A DNA stretch of 64,000 nt, taken from contig CALRCK010000001.1 in NCBI GenBank assembly GCA_943354605.1, positions 148,936-212,935 of the forward strand. The letters run 5' to 3'. The position numbers were made by a program, and so were the translations under genes. The notes beneath the pieces were generated by a model. The model made no database searches, was not told the DNA's origin, and was given only the letters and a program-made list of their open reading frames with translations. The DNA is from Candidatus Uhrbacteria bacterium. GTDB lineage: Bacteria > Patescibacteriota > Patescibacteriia > UBA9934. This document shows, in pieces, positions 1 through 8,776 of the stretch (the stretch's first letter is position 1; every line of letters starts with the position of its first letter).

Positions 1-773
1 CGCGTGACCGCGTGAAGGAAGCGGGGGAGGACCGCGCCGAGGCTCTTGCAACGCTCCGCTCCGCACTCGTCACATTCTCCAAGATGCTCGCGCCATTCAT
101 GCCATTCTTGGCGGAAATGATGTACCGCGACGTGACTGGTTCCGCAGAATCGGACTCTGTGCATTTGCAGGAGTGGCCGGTAATGAAGAAAGGATTAGAT
201 CGATTGAAAGAGGGGGTTATGGTCATGGGCGAGCCTTCCGATAGGTTATCGTTACCAGGAAATGACGATCTGATTCTTCAAAGTATGGGCGAAGCCCGTG
301 CCATCGTCTCTCGCGCCATGGAAAAGCGCGACAATGCTGGTCGTTCAGTGAAACAGGCACTTGGGTCGATGACAATCACAACGCCGTCTGGCGCAATCGA
401 CGCGGGAATCCTCGAGGTGATTCTCGACGAAGTGAATGTGAAGACGGCAACCGTGGTGAAAGGTGCCGAGCTCGCGGTTGATGTCGATACCAATCTCACG
501 CCAGAACTTATTCGCGAGGGAATTGCCCGCGAAGTGACTCGCCGCGTGAACGGCATGCGTAAGGATGCTGGACTGACGATCGCCGACCGTATCGACCTTC
601 ACATGGATTCGGCCTCGGACGAGGTGAAGATGATGTTCGAGGAGCATGCAGAGGCCATTAAGGCCGACACGCTCGCGTCCTCGATCTTCCTCGGCCCAAT
701 TCCCGAAGGCGCGACGCAGGTTTCGTTCCGTGTTGCGGAACAGGACATCGTCATCGGGTTCGTTCGCGCGTAA
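1..773 (+). CDS. ileS: Isoleucyl-tRNA ligase, C-terminal part (truncated by window start)
   Basis: LAPFMPFLAE anticodon-binding motif, SVHL..WP, and EG.AREV.R.VN..RKDAGL.I.DRI C-terminal domain typical of type-2 IleRS. Confidence 0.9.
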   Translation, partial: RDRVKEAGEDRAEALATLRSALVTFSKMLAPFMPFLAEMMYRDVTGSAESDSVHLQEWPVMKKGLDRLKEGVMVMGEPSDRLSLPGNDDLILQSMGEARAIVSRAMEKRDNAGRSVKQALGSMTITTPSGAIDAGILEVILDEVNVKTATVVKGAELAVDVDTNLTPELIREGIAREVTRRVNGMRKDAGLTIADRIDLHMDSASDEVKMMFEEHAEAIKADTLASSIFLGPIPEGATQVSFRVAEQDIVIGFVRA

Positions 774-783
774 TATTTCACCC

Positions 784-820
784 AACACAGCATCCCCAAA
801 ATCGGGGATGCTGTGTTTTA
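784..820 (+). terminator. Intrinsic terminator after ileS
   Basis: AACACAGCATCCCC-aaaatc-GGGGATGCTGTGTT followed by T-rich tract. Confidence 0.8.
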
Positions 821-882
821 TATTTTGGCTAATATTAGTTTTTTTACTTGACAAAAGTCACTTTTTGTGGCACAGTAGACAT

Positions 883-943
883 ATGGCAAGTCGTACCTGG
901 CAAAGGTTCGGCGCCTCAGCTCTCGCCACCGTGCGAGAGTTTT
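883..943 (+). ncRNA. Candidate ~60-nt small RNA
   Basis: TTGACA(848)-17 nt-CACAGT promoter, hairpin GTCGtACCT-ggcaa-AGGTtCGGC, terminator CTCTCGC-caccgt-GCGAGAG-TTTT. Confidence 0.4.
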
Positions 944-971
944 GGTTTTTTAGGCCTGCTATACTTTCGTT

Positions 972-1823
972 ATGTCCCTTGATCCGCTGACTAGTATTAT
1001 CATTTCCCCAAAGAACGACGTGGAGTCGCTCACCATTGTTTCGCTTGCGGAAGCGTTGCATATTCCGTGCATTGTTTCGGCACAGCCGCACGGCGCAACG
1101 CTCGATGCGGAGCCGAATCTCGTCGATAGAATTCGTGAAACCAATCCGGTTGCGCACGATATTGTCATCGTAGAAATGCCCAATGTTTCCACGGAAGACA
1201 AGCTGCGTGAGCTTGGGTTTGACGTGCACGTCGTCGATCATCACCGCTACGAATCGCTTGATCGCATGAAAAAGGAAAGTTCGCTAGAGCAGATTCGTGT
1301 GCTGTTCGATATGGACGACACGACGCTTCGGATTGCGGGATTTGATCCGGTGCTCATTCGTGGCGTTGGGCTGATCGACCGTGGCTTTGTGTGGGAACTC
1401 GCAAAAGAGAATGTTCCGGAAGCTGATCGGAAGCGGATGATTGCGCATTATCGTGAGCAAAACGCGATACTCGATCCTGACCAGGCAAAGGAGGAGAAAG
1501 CGGCGATGAGTGCATGGAAAAAACGGGAAGAGATCGACGGGGTGATTGTGGTAACCATTCCCAATCCTGCACTGCGGATTCGTGAGGCGATTTCGTTCCT
1601 TGCAGCGCAAGATTTTTCCGAAGCGCCAGTAACGGTTATTTATCAACCGGGCCGCATCGTGTACATCCAAGAAACACCAACGGCGCTCGCATTGCAGCAA
1701 ACGTTTGGCGGATTCACGTTTGGACAGAATTTGTGTTGGGGAAAGCCGATAGATGCGGACGGAAATTTACCAACAGTGGACGAAGTGATTGCTGCACATC
1801 GCTTGGCGCTTCTCACGAACTAG
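972..1823 (+). CDS. DHH-family phosphoesterase, NrN-like
   Basis: Motifs ND.ES.TI, HGA.L, IVEM, VVDHH, SSLEQ, IDRGF; TGcTATACT -10 just upstream of the ATG. Confidence 0.55.
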   Translation: MSLDPLTSIIISPKNDVESLTIVSLAEALHIPCIVSAQPHGATLDAEPNLVDRIRETNPVAHDIVIVEMPNVSTEDKLRELGFDVHVVDHHRYESLDRMKKESSLEQIRVLFDMDDTTLRIAGFDPVLIRGVGLIDRGFVWELAKENVPEADRKRMIAHYREQNAILDPDQAKEEKAAMSAWKKREEIDGVIVVTIPNPALRIREAISFLAAQDFSEAPVTVIYQPGRIVYIQETPTALALQQTFGGFTFGQNLCWGKPIDADGNLPTVDEVIAAHRLALLTN

Positions 1824-1824
1824 T

Positions 1825-2994
1825 ATGGATTTTCTCGCGAAGCCAGAGCACCGATCCACGCGATCGGTTCAGACTCTTATCGATGCAATACTTACAGAAT
1901 CTCGGCTACGCGACGCTCGAGATCGGTTCGGCGCGATCGCACAAGGTATTCCATCGCTCTCAGCGTTACCGACCACGCCGCAAACTGCACCGCGCCATTG
2001 CGAAGGACCGTTTGTTTCAGATCACATCGTTCGAACGTTTGCTGCAATCGATGCTATCGCGAGTGGTGAATCGATGCGAGATTGTGAGGATATCGCAACG
2101 GATCCTATACTCTCCCTCGCACTACTCGATGCAGAGGAGGCGATTCGTGATTTTCCCGACGTGTTTCGCGCGTTTGCCGTCATGCACAATATTGCGAAGC
2201 CGGATCGGTTGTTGTTGATCGCTGAGCCTGGATCGGCGGGGGAGAAGGAGGGGTTTGTGCAATCGAATCGGCGAGCAGATGAATACACGACATCATCGGA
2301 ACTTCATCGTTACGATAAAATGCGACGTGCACATGGTGCCGATAATGCATCGTGGTTTGCGCAGTCCGGAATTATCGCAACATACGACGACGCCGATCGT
2401 GCGGTGATTGCTCCTCAGTACGCCGAGGTTCGCGCGGCGATTATTCACCACTTGGGACTCGAGCATGCGTACGAAAAGTTCATTGCGGAGCTGTGTTGGA
2501 GCCACGACGACGTTGAGGAATTTTTCGTTACACCAGGGAATGAATCGGAGTTTGGTGTGTTTGCGGCGCGTGCAGGAAAAGCAGGACTGAACGTTGAAAA
2601 GTTTTTGGATGCGCTACTTGCCATCGCGTTATTGGACCACGATATCGGTCGAATAGGTCTTATTCGACCTATTCCGTTGCCAGTCTTCCGCGCATTCGCG
2701 TTTGCAGAACACGCGGCAATGCCGGAACGGTTTGCAACACGCGAGGCGCGACAGGCTCATGCGCGAAAGCTTCGGATCAAAGCAATTCTTGGGGATTCCG
2801 GCCTTGCTCCGGAAGCGATATTTACACTATTGAACACGCCGATCGGCCCCGAGCGTGGCACGGTGATGGAGCACGTGTATCAGGTGATTCGCGGAGAATC
2901 GAAGGGGGAAGTGTTTGGTGCCCACGCAGATCATATTCGTGACTGCGCGCTTCGTGCACAGAAGCTGCTCGCAGCTGAGGGGCTTTCAGTATAA
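1825..2994 (+). CDS. HD-domain-like protein with degenerate HD motif
   Basis: HCEGPFVSDH and MHNIAKP resemble H.EG.V..H / LHD.GKP of HD domains; ATG 1 nt after the upstream stop. Confidence 0.5.
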   Translation: MDFLAKPEHRSTRSVQTLIDAILTESRLRDARDRFGAIAQGIPSLSALPTTPQTAPRHCEGPFVSDHIVRTFAAIDAIASGESMRDCEDIATDPILSLALLDAEEAIRDFPDVFRAFAVMHNIAKPDRLLLIAEPGSAGEKEGFVQSNRRADEYTTSSELHRYDKMRRAHGADNASWFAQSGIIATYDDADRAVIAPQYAEVRAAIIHHLGLEHAYEKFIAELCWSHDDVEEFFVTPGNESEFGVFAARAGKAGLNVEKFLDALLAIALLDHDIGRIGLIRPIPLPVFRAFAFAEHAAMPERFATREARQAHARKLRIKAILGDSGLAPEAIFTLLNTPIGPERGTVMEHVYQVIRGESKGEVFGAHADHIRDCALRAQKLLAAEGLSV

Positions 2995-3021
2995 GATTTG
3001 TTCAGATTCGATGAGACCCCC

Positions 3022-3123
3022 AGTTATTCTGAGCGAAGCGAAGAATCTCTCGTAGGTTATCAGAGTGATCCCTGCGGAGATGCTTACCCCTCCGGGGCAC
3101 AAGTCGCCCGTGCTCAGCATGAC
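3022..3123. repeat. Palindromic MITE/REP-like element (GTYATTCTGAGCGAAGCGAAGAATCT...GCTCAGCATGAC)
   Basis: Complementary ends GTTATTCTGAGC / GCTCAGCATGAC; related half copy at 32182-32208. Confidence 0.7.
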
Positions 3124-3147
3124 GGAAGTGAAAAGTGCCCAGAATGT

Positions 3148-3705
3148 ATGATCGCATACTTAGACGGAACAATTACGGGATTAGAATCCGACGGCGTCCT
3201 TTTGGAGGTGAGTGGCGTGGGATACCGTGTTTTTGTCGCGCGACAGAAATGTGAAGTTGGCGACAGAACTCGCTTTTGGATCAGCGAGATTATTCGTGAG
3301 GACAAACACGATTTGTATGGATTCTCCGATCGTTCAGATCAGGCGTTGTTTGAGCAATTCATGGGCGTGTCTGGCGTTGGGCCAAAACTTGCGCAGAAAA
3401 TTCTCGCCGCAGGAAGTGCGGAAGACATTATTCGCCACATTCATACGGACGATGTGGCATTCCTTAACGCGATTTCTGGCGTTGGGAAGAAAACCGCGCA
3501 GAAGATCATTCTCGATTTGAAGGGCGTGCTTGTTTTGGAAGATAGGTCGAATGAGACCAATACGACCTATTCGGAGGTCGCCGACGCCCTTGAAAGTCTC
3601 GGCTACTCAAAGGCGGATATTTCCGGAATTGCAAAAGATATTACTGGCGAAACCACAGAATCTCGCGTAAAATCGGCATTAAAGCTTTTGTCTCGCCACG
3701 TATGA
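3148..3705 (+). CDS. ruvA: Holliday junction branch migration protein RuvA
   Basis: MIAYLDG start, GVGY.V, IRED...LYGF, GVGPKLA, GVGKKTAQKIILDLK, ALESLGY. Confidence 0.95.
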   Translation: MIAYLDGTITGLESDGVLLEVSGVGYRVFVARQKCEVGDRTRFWISEIIREDKHDLYGFSDRSDQALFEQFMGVSGVGPKLAQKILAAGSAEDIIRHIHTDDVAFLNAISGVGKKTAQKIILDLKGVLVLEDRSNETNTTYSEVADALESLGYSKADISGIAKDITGETTESRVKSALKLLSRHV

Positions 3706-4673
3706 CGACGGAATACTCGCCGCAAGAATGGGATGCGTTGGTTGCGCGCTTTGCTCCAGTAAGCGGGGCTTTTTTGCAGTCGTTTGCGTGGGGGGAGTTT
3801 CAAAAGAGCCAGGGAAGGGAAGTTCGGCGGTTGGCTGAGAGCAACGGAGATCGATTCATGATTGCGCAGGCGATGAAACTCAAGGCTCCGCTCGGCATTT
3901 CCTATTGGCTCGTGCCGAAGGGCCCTATTGGTGATGCGGCCTCGGAGTTCGTGCGTAAGGCGTTGATTGCTGAACTTGGAGCAGGATCGGATTACATTCG
4001 CACGGAATCGATCGCGCGATTGCCGAAATCGATTGCAGCAAAAGAAACGCATCCAAAAACCACGCGGATTCTGGATCTCACGAAAGGCTACGAAGCGGTG
4101 TTTGGCGAGTTCAATGCTCGCGTTCGATACAACACACGGCTTGGAACAAAGAAGGGCGTGGTTTGTGAGTTCGTTGGTCTTGATCGGTTCGACGAGTTTG
4201 TCGACCTGATGAAACAGACTGCAGAACGCGACGCATTCTCGATCCACGAGATTGCGTATTATAAATCCATGATCGAATCACTCGGCGCTGAGCCATCGTG
4301 TCACGCAAAGCTCGCGATTGCGTCGAAGGACGGGATTCCTCTTGCTGCAACACTTACCATCGATTCCTTTGGCACGCGAACGTATCTTCATGGTGCTTCG
4401 GGTAATCAAATGCGCGAACTCAAGGCAACGCATGTCCTTCAAGATTTCGTCATTCACGACGCTATCGACGCCGGAATGATTCGCTACGACTTCTGGGGGA
4501 TTGCGCCTGAAGGATCGTCCGCAAACCACCCCTGGGCCGGCATCACCGAATTCAAAAAAGCCTTCGGTGGCTCCATTTACGCCACCGCCGGCACCTTTGA
4601 TATTCCCGTGAACATTCCGAAATATTGGATGTACCGTGTTGCGAGATTTACGCGATCACTGATCGGAAAATAG
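3702..4673 (+). CDS. FemABX-family peptidoglycan bridge peptidyltransferase
   Basis: FLQS..WGEFQ, PKGP, RYN.R...KKGV, YLHGAS, YDFWGI, GIT.FK..FGG. Confidence 0.88.
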   Translation: MTTEYSPQEWDALVARFAPVSGAFLQSFAWGEFQKSQGREVRRLAESNGDRFMIAQAMKLKAPLGISYWLVPKGPIGDAASEFVRKALIAELGAGSDYIRTESIARLPKSIAAKETHPKTTRILDLTKGYEAVFGEFNARVRYNTRLGTKKGVVCEFVGLDRFDEFVDLMKQTAERDAFSIHEIAYYKSMIESLGAEPSCHAKLAIASKDGIPLAATLTIDSFGTRTYLHGASGNQMRELKATHVLQDFVIHDAIDAGMIRYDFWGIAPEGSSANHPWAGITEFKKAFGGSIYATAGTFDIPVNIPKYWMYRVARFTRSLIGK

Positions 4674-4674
4674 A

Positions 4675-4755
4675 TTACGCGAGGAGCCCTATCACCAAAA
4701 TCAGCGTAATCGACACTCCCGCGAACACGAGGACTAGGGTGAGGGCGAATTTCAT
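4675..4755 (-). CDS. Putative 26-aa single-pass membrane peptide MKFALTLVLVFAGVSITLILVIGLLA
   Basis: Hand translated; ATG 4 nt after the stop of the upstream gene; almost entirely hydrophobic. Confidence 0.45.
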   Translation of the reverse strand: MKFALTLVLVFAGVSITLILVIGLLA

Positions 4756-4759
4756 AGGG

Positions 4760-5464
4760 TTACCATGTTGTTTTTCTCGTCGCGCTACGCGCTTCGTCAA
4801 AGAGGTGATTTTGTGGATTCTGGGCCCATTCGACCGCATCGCCATCAATGTATTTCAACTTTCCTGACGGCGTGACTTTGAAATTTGTACAGTTTGTATC
4901 AGGACCAAAGTTTAGAGCGCGGCATTCGTCTAAAAATACGGAGACATCAGTTCCTTTTTTGGGGTATTCTCCGAAGATAAACTCCACACCAAGAATAGTT
5001 TTTTCGTTTTCTTGGAAGAGATGATTTTTAGGGAAGGATTCGGATGCGTTTAGCTGAGCGAGGCGGTTCGCCACGTCCGGAAGCGACGAGTCGAAGTCTT
5101 CAAAAAGGAGGTAGAAGGCATCTTCGACCTTCTTCGCTTTTCGTTCTTTGCCATCTGAGAGGAGAAGATAAAAGATGTCGGTTTTCGTTTGGTCTGGAAG
5201 AATAAAATATGGCTCGCGGTATGAAAGTTTGCTGAGACGAGCAATCTGCCTGTTGTACATTTCATTTTCCGGAGTTTGTGCATAGCGGCCTCGAGAGCGT
5301 TCGTAATGAACTTTTCTGAGCTTCGAGATGTCTTCGTCCCCGATTCCAAGAAAGGCTCGGGTGTGTGTTGTTTTCAAAATTCTCAGAAGCGTTTCCTCGG
5401 CGTATTCTTGGCTAAAAGTTCGCTCTGATGTTTGTGCGTCGAATGATTCAATGGTCATATTCAC
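4760..5464 (-). CDS. Hypothetical protein with kinase-like C-terminal motif
   Basis: 234-aa ORF coupled to the upstream gene; DTNCTNF...G.LKYID resembles kinase-fold catalytic and Mg loops. Confidence 0.55.
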   Translation of the reverse strand: MNMTIESFDAQTSERTFSQEYAEETLLRILKTTHTRAFLGIGDEDISKLRKVHYERSRGRYAQTPENEMYNRQIARLSKLSYREPYFILPDQTKTDIFYLLLSDGKERKAKKVEDAFYLLFEDFDSSLPDVANRLAQLNASESFPKNHLFQENEKTILGVEFIFGEYPKKGTDVSVFLDECRALNFGPDTNCTNFKVTPSGKLKYIDGDAVEWAQNPQNHLFDEARSATRKTTW

Positions 5465-6726
5465 GGCAACATGCTGAATTTTTCTTGGTGAATGTGGTGG
5501 TGGGGAACGTTGAGGGCGAAGAGTTGGTCGCGCATCGCTTTCACCATACCACCTGGGCCACAGAGGAACACGTCGGTTTTTGCAGGATCGAGACCGGTGA
5601 GTGCCGATGCTGCGGTGAGGAAGCCTTTTTCTTTGCTATTCCAAACAGCGATTTTGAGGTTTGGTTTGCGTTTCGCGAGCGTAGCAAGATCGCGTTCAAC
5701 AGCGTTTTCGGTATCGTCGGAAATTGCGTAGTACAGCGTGGCGTTGTAGTCGTCGGGAAGCGATTCTGCAAAGGCGAGGAACGGCGTAATCCCAATGCCG
5801 CCAGCAATCCAGCACTGCGTTTTGCCGCCGCTGGTGTATGTGAAGCTTCCGTAGGGCCCCTCAACCATTGCTTCGTCGCCAACAACAAGATTGTGGAGTG
5901 TGTTCGTAAAGTCGCCGAGTTTTTTCGTCACAAACCGAATCGAGCCGTTCGGTCCAGATGCTGCAATCGAGAACGGATGCTCCTCAGCTTTTACGCCGTT
6001 ACTCATGTAGGTGATGTACGCAAACTGTCCTGGTTTGATGTCGAATCCACGATCTTTCGGCGTAAGCGTCACATCAACAAATTTCTCGTTGATGACGTTT
6101 ACGCTTTTGACGACATATGGTGTTCGATGGACAAAGAGACGGTTGAATAGGACGCGATAGACGATGGCGCAAACGCCAAGCGCAAGGAAAATCACGAACA
6201 AAAGCTTCAATAACGGCATGGTTTGAATATCGCCACCAATCATGACGCCGTGGATTGCGCCAAGGATGAACGCGAGGGCAAGGTATTGATGGACCTTTTT
6301 CCAAATGTGATACGGTAGGCGAACGTAGTAGGTACAAATAATGCACACGGTCATGATGATGAGGCTGAACACGCCAAGGTTCTTTGCAAGATCGCCGACC
6401 GGAAGAAGAAAGATCGCGGTGTCCTTGAGGGAGAATTCGATGAATTGCCATGCGAGAAAGAGGGGGTGGAGTACCAGCGCCATGAGGGCGAGGGTGCCGA
6501 TGGTTTGATGGAAGCGATACGACTGACCAAGGTCGCCAAAGATTTTTTCTTGCAGTGGAATGCGAATCGCAAGAAGAATCGCCAGAGTAAACGCCGAAAA
6601 ACCAAACACGCCGAGGATTCGTCCAAGGTAGGGGATTGAGGCAACTGGCGGCTCGGCAACGAGCCAGAGGGCAAGGGGAAGCGCAAGAAAAAGCGAGACG
6701 GGAATTGTGCCCTTAGGAAGCCGCAT
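5461..6726 (-). CDS. Ferric reductase-like transmembrane protein with FAD/NAD-binding domain
   Basis: TM helices with paired His; PGQF, EHPFSI, GDFT, EGPYG, IAGGIGITPF, CGP motifs. Confidence 0.9.
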   Translation of the reverse strand: MRLPKGTIPVSLFLALPLALWLVAEPPVASIPYLGRILGVFGFSAFTLAILLAIRIPLQEKIFGDLGQSYRFHQTIGTLALMALVLHPLFLAWQFIEFSLKDTAIFLLPVGDLAKNLGVFSLIIMTVCIICTYYVRLPYHIWKKVHQYLALAFILGAIHGVMIGGDIQTMPLLKLLFVIFLALGVCAIVYRVLFNRLFVHRTPYVVKSVNVINEKFVDVTLTPKDRGFDIKPGQFAYITYMSNGVKAEEHPFSIAASGPNGSIRFVTKKLGDFTNTLHNLVVGDEAMVEGPYGSFTYTSGGKTQCWIAGGIGITPFLAFAESLPDDYNATLYYAISDDTENAVERDLATLAKRKPNLKIAVWNSKEKGFLTAASALTGLDPAKTDVFLCGPGGMVKAMRDQLFALNVPHHHIHQEKFSMLP

Positions 6727-6777
6727 AGATGTCGGAATGATAGCTGATTTTATCGGCGAAGCTAAGCTTCGCCAAAA

Positions 6778-6863
6778 CAAAGTCCGACTTTGATTCATCG
6801 AATTTATAAAATACATGGCGTTTTTAGAAAGAGTTTAGGTCAAAGTCGGACTTTGACCTAAAC
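6778..6863. repeat. REP-like palindrome doublet CAAAGTC(C/G)GACTTTG
   Basis: CAAAGTC-C-GACTTTG at 6778-6792 and GTTTAGGTCAAAGTC-G-GACTTTGACCTAAAC at 6833-6863, in inverted orientation. Confidence 0.7.
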
Positions 6864-6912
6864 GAGAACGCCCCGGCCTGCGTGGCCGGGGGTTCGTGGG
6901 GTCGCGCCTTGA

Positions 6913-7500
6913 TCACTCCGCTGGAGTTCCTTCCGGAATCCAGTGGAGGATGCAACGAGCGTCGTAGTTTTCCTTTTCACCGACCAGCACGACCTCGGTG
7001 TCTCTCGTGAGGCGCTGCGAGAAGCTGGCCGTCTGTCCGCACACCGTGCAGATCGCGGTAAGCACCGTGATGCTGTCGGCGACCGCCAGGAGCGCAGGTC
7101 CGGGGCCGGGGAAAGGGTCCCCGGCGAAGGTCTGGTTCAGGATGACGAGGATCACGCGTCGCCCGGTCTGGCGGAGCCACCGAACGAAACCGACAAGCTC
7201 GTCATCGAAGAATTGCGCTTCGTCGATCCCGACGACCTCGATGTCGTCCGTGATGAGCTCTCGCATCTGGGCGACCGTGTGAACCGGATTCGCCATGAAC
7301 CTGCCGCCGCAGTGGCTCGCGATTCGCACCGGATCGTAGCGTCCGGAATCGTTGGCGTGCTTGAACACGATCAGCTTCTGCTTGGCGTATTGCGCACGAC
7401 GCAGGCGCCGAATGAGCTCTTCCGTCTTGCCGCTGAACATGCAGCCGGTGATGGCGTCGATCGAACCTGTAATCTGGCGGGTGTGAGATGCTGCGGTCAT
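6913..7500 (-). CDS. tdk: Thymidine kinase
   Basis: GCMFSGKTEEL, VVGIDEAQFF, C..CG zinc site, VLVG..E.Y.ARC..H. Confidence 0.95.
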   Translation of the reverse strand: MTAASHTRQITGSIDAITGCMFSGKTEELIRRLRRAQYAKQKLIVFKHANDSGRYDPVRIASHCGGRFMANPVHTVAQMRELITDDIEVVGIDEAQFFDDELVGFVRWLRQTGRRVILVILNQTFAGDPFPGPGPALLAVADSITVLTAICTVCGQTASFSQRLTRDTEVVLVGEKENYDARCILHWIPEGTPAE

Positions 7501-7639
7501 GAACGGTCTCCTGGTGACCGATGCATTTTAGACGATTTGCGAGTGCGGAAAATGTTGTGCCGTGGATAACTCATTGTTGTGCACAGTCTATGCATTATGT
7601 TGAACACATTTTGTCCACACGGCGTGATAAAATGGGGTC

Positions 7640-8776
7640 ATGAGAATAGGTATCGATGCAAGATTCTACGGCCCGCGTGTTGGAGGCGGCGGCCTCGGCC
7701 GTTACACCGCAGAATTGGTGACGGCACTGCAGGACGTGGATAAGGAAAATGAGTACGTGCTTTTTTTACGCAAGGAAAACTTTCACGAGTGTGCCATTAC
7801 CAACGGAAACTTCACCAAACGCATGGTGGATGTTCCGTGGTATTCGTTTGCAGAACAGCGCGAAATGCCACGCGAAATTGCGTTGGCCAAGGTGAATCTC
7901 ATGCACTATCCGCATTGGAACGTGCCGATATTTTCCCGCGTGCCGTTTGTGGTGACGATTCACGACCTCATCTTGCTCGAAGATCCTGCGTCGTCGCGCG
8001 CAACCACGCGAAATGCCTTTCTGCACGGCATCAAGAGCATCGGCTACCGCATTGCGCTTGAAGCAGCGATTCATCGCAGCAAGCACATCGTCGCGATTTC
8101 CGAATACACCAAGCGATCCATTCTTGAGCACTTCCGGGTGCCTGGAGGAAAGATTTCCGTGGTGTACAACGGGGTTCGTCCGCCAGTAGGCGCCGAAAAG
8201 GCGACGCTTGCAGCGCTTGGTGTGCAACAGCCGTATGTGTTGTCTGTTGGCAATGCGTATCCGCACAAAAATCTCGAAACCACACTTCTTGCCTTCCGAA
8301 AACTTTGTGCCTCCGACGAGCGAACCATGCTTGTGCTCGCGGGAAAGCGCGATATGTTTGTGGAAAAGCTCGAGGCGTTTGCGCTGGAGATTGGCATTCC
8401 GTCGTCGCGGATTCGATTCGTGAACACGCCGACAGACGCGGTGCTTGCGCGGCTCTATCACGATGCTGCCCTCCTCGTGATTGCATCTCGCATTGAAGGG
8501 TTTGGCATTCCACCACTTGAGGCGCTTGCGCTGGGCATTCCTGTTGCCGCAAGCCACGCGTCGTCGTTACCCGAAGTGCTTGGAGACACGGTGCGATATT
8601 TTGACACTGACGATGAAGACGCCCTTGCCCGACTGATGTTCGACGCAGTCCATCAGCCAAGCGCATGGCATGGCCTGAAAGCTGCCGGTATTCGCCAAGC
8701 CGAGAAGTTCTCGTGGAAAAAGACGGCGCTTGCGATGAGAGATATCTATCGAAATTTTGCTGACCGACGACTGTGA
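7640..8776 (+). CDS. Glycosyltransferase family 4
   Basis: MRIGIDAR, VTIHDL, HKN, EGFGIPPLEA. Confidence 0.92.
   Translation: MRIGIDARFYGPRVGGGGLGRYTAELVTALQDVDKENEYVLFLRKENFHECAITNGNFTKRMVDVPWYSFAEQREMPREIALAKVNLMHYPHWNVPIFSRVPFVVTIHDLILLEDPASSRATTRNAFLHGIKSIGYRIALEAAIHRSKHIVAISEYTKRSILEHFRVPGGKISVVYNGVRPPVGAEKATLAALGVQQPYVLSVGNAYPHKNLETTLLAFRKLCASDERTMLVLAGKRDMFVEKLEAFALEIGIPSSRIRFVNTPTDAVLARLYHDAALLVIASRIEGFGIPPLEALALGIPVAASHASSLPEVLGDTVRYFDTDDEDALARLMFDAVHQPSAWHGLKAAGIRQAEKFSWKKTALAMRDIYRNFADRRL

Noticed and set aside
2998-3147. N-terminal extension of RuvA
   Set aside because: Translation of an intergenic palindromic repeat; RuvA starts at MIAYL (3148).
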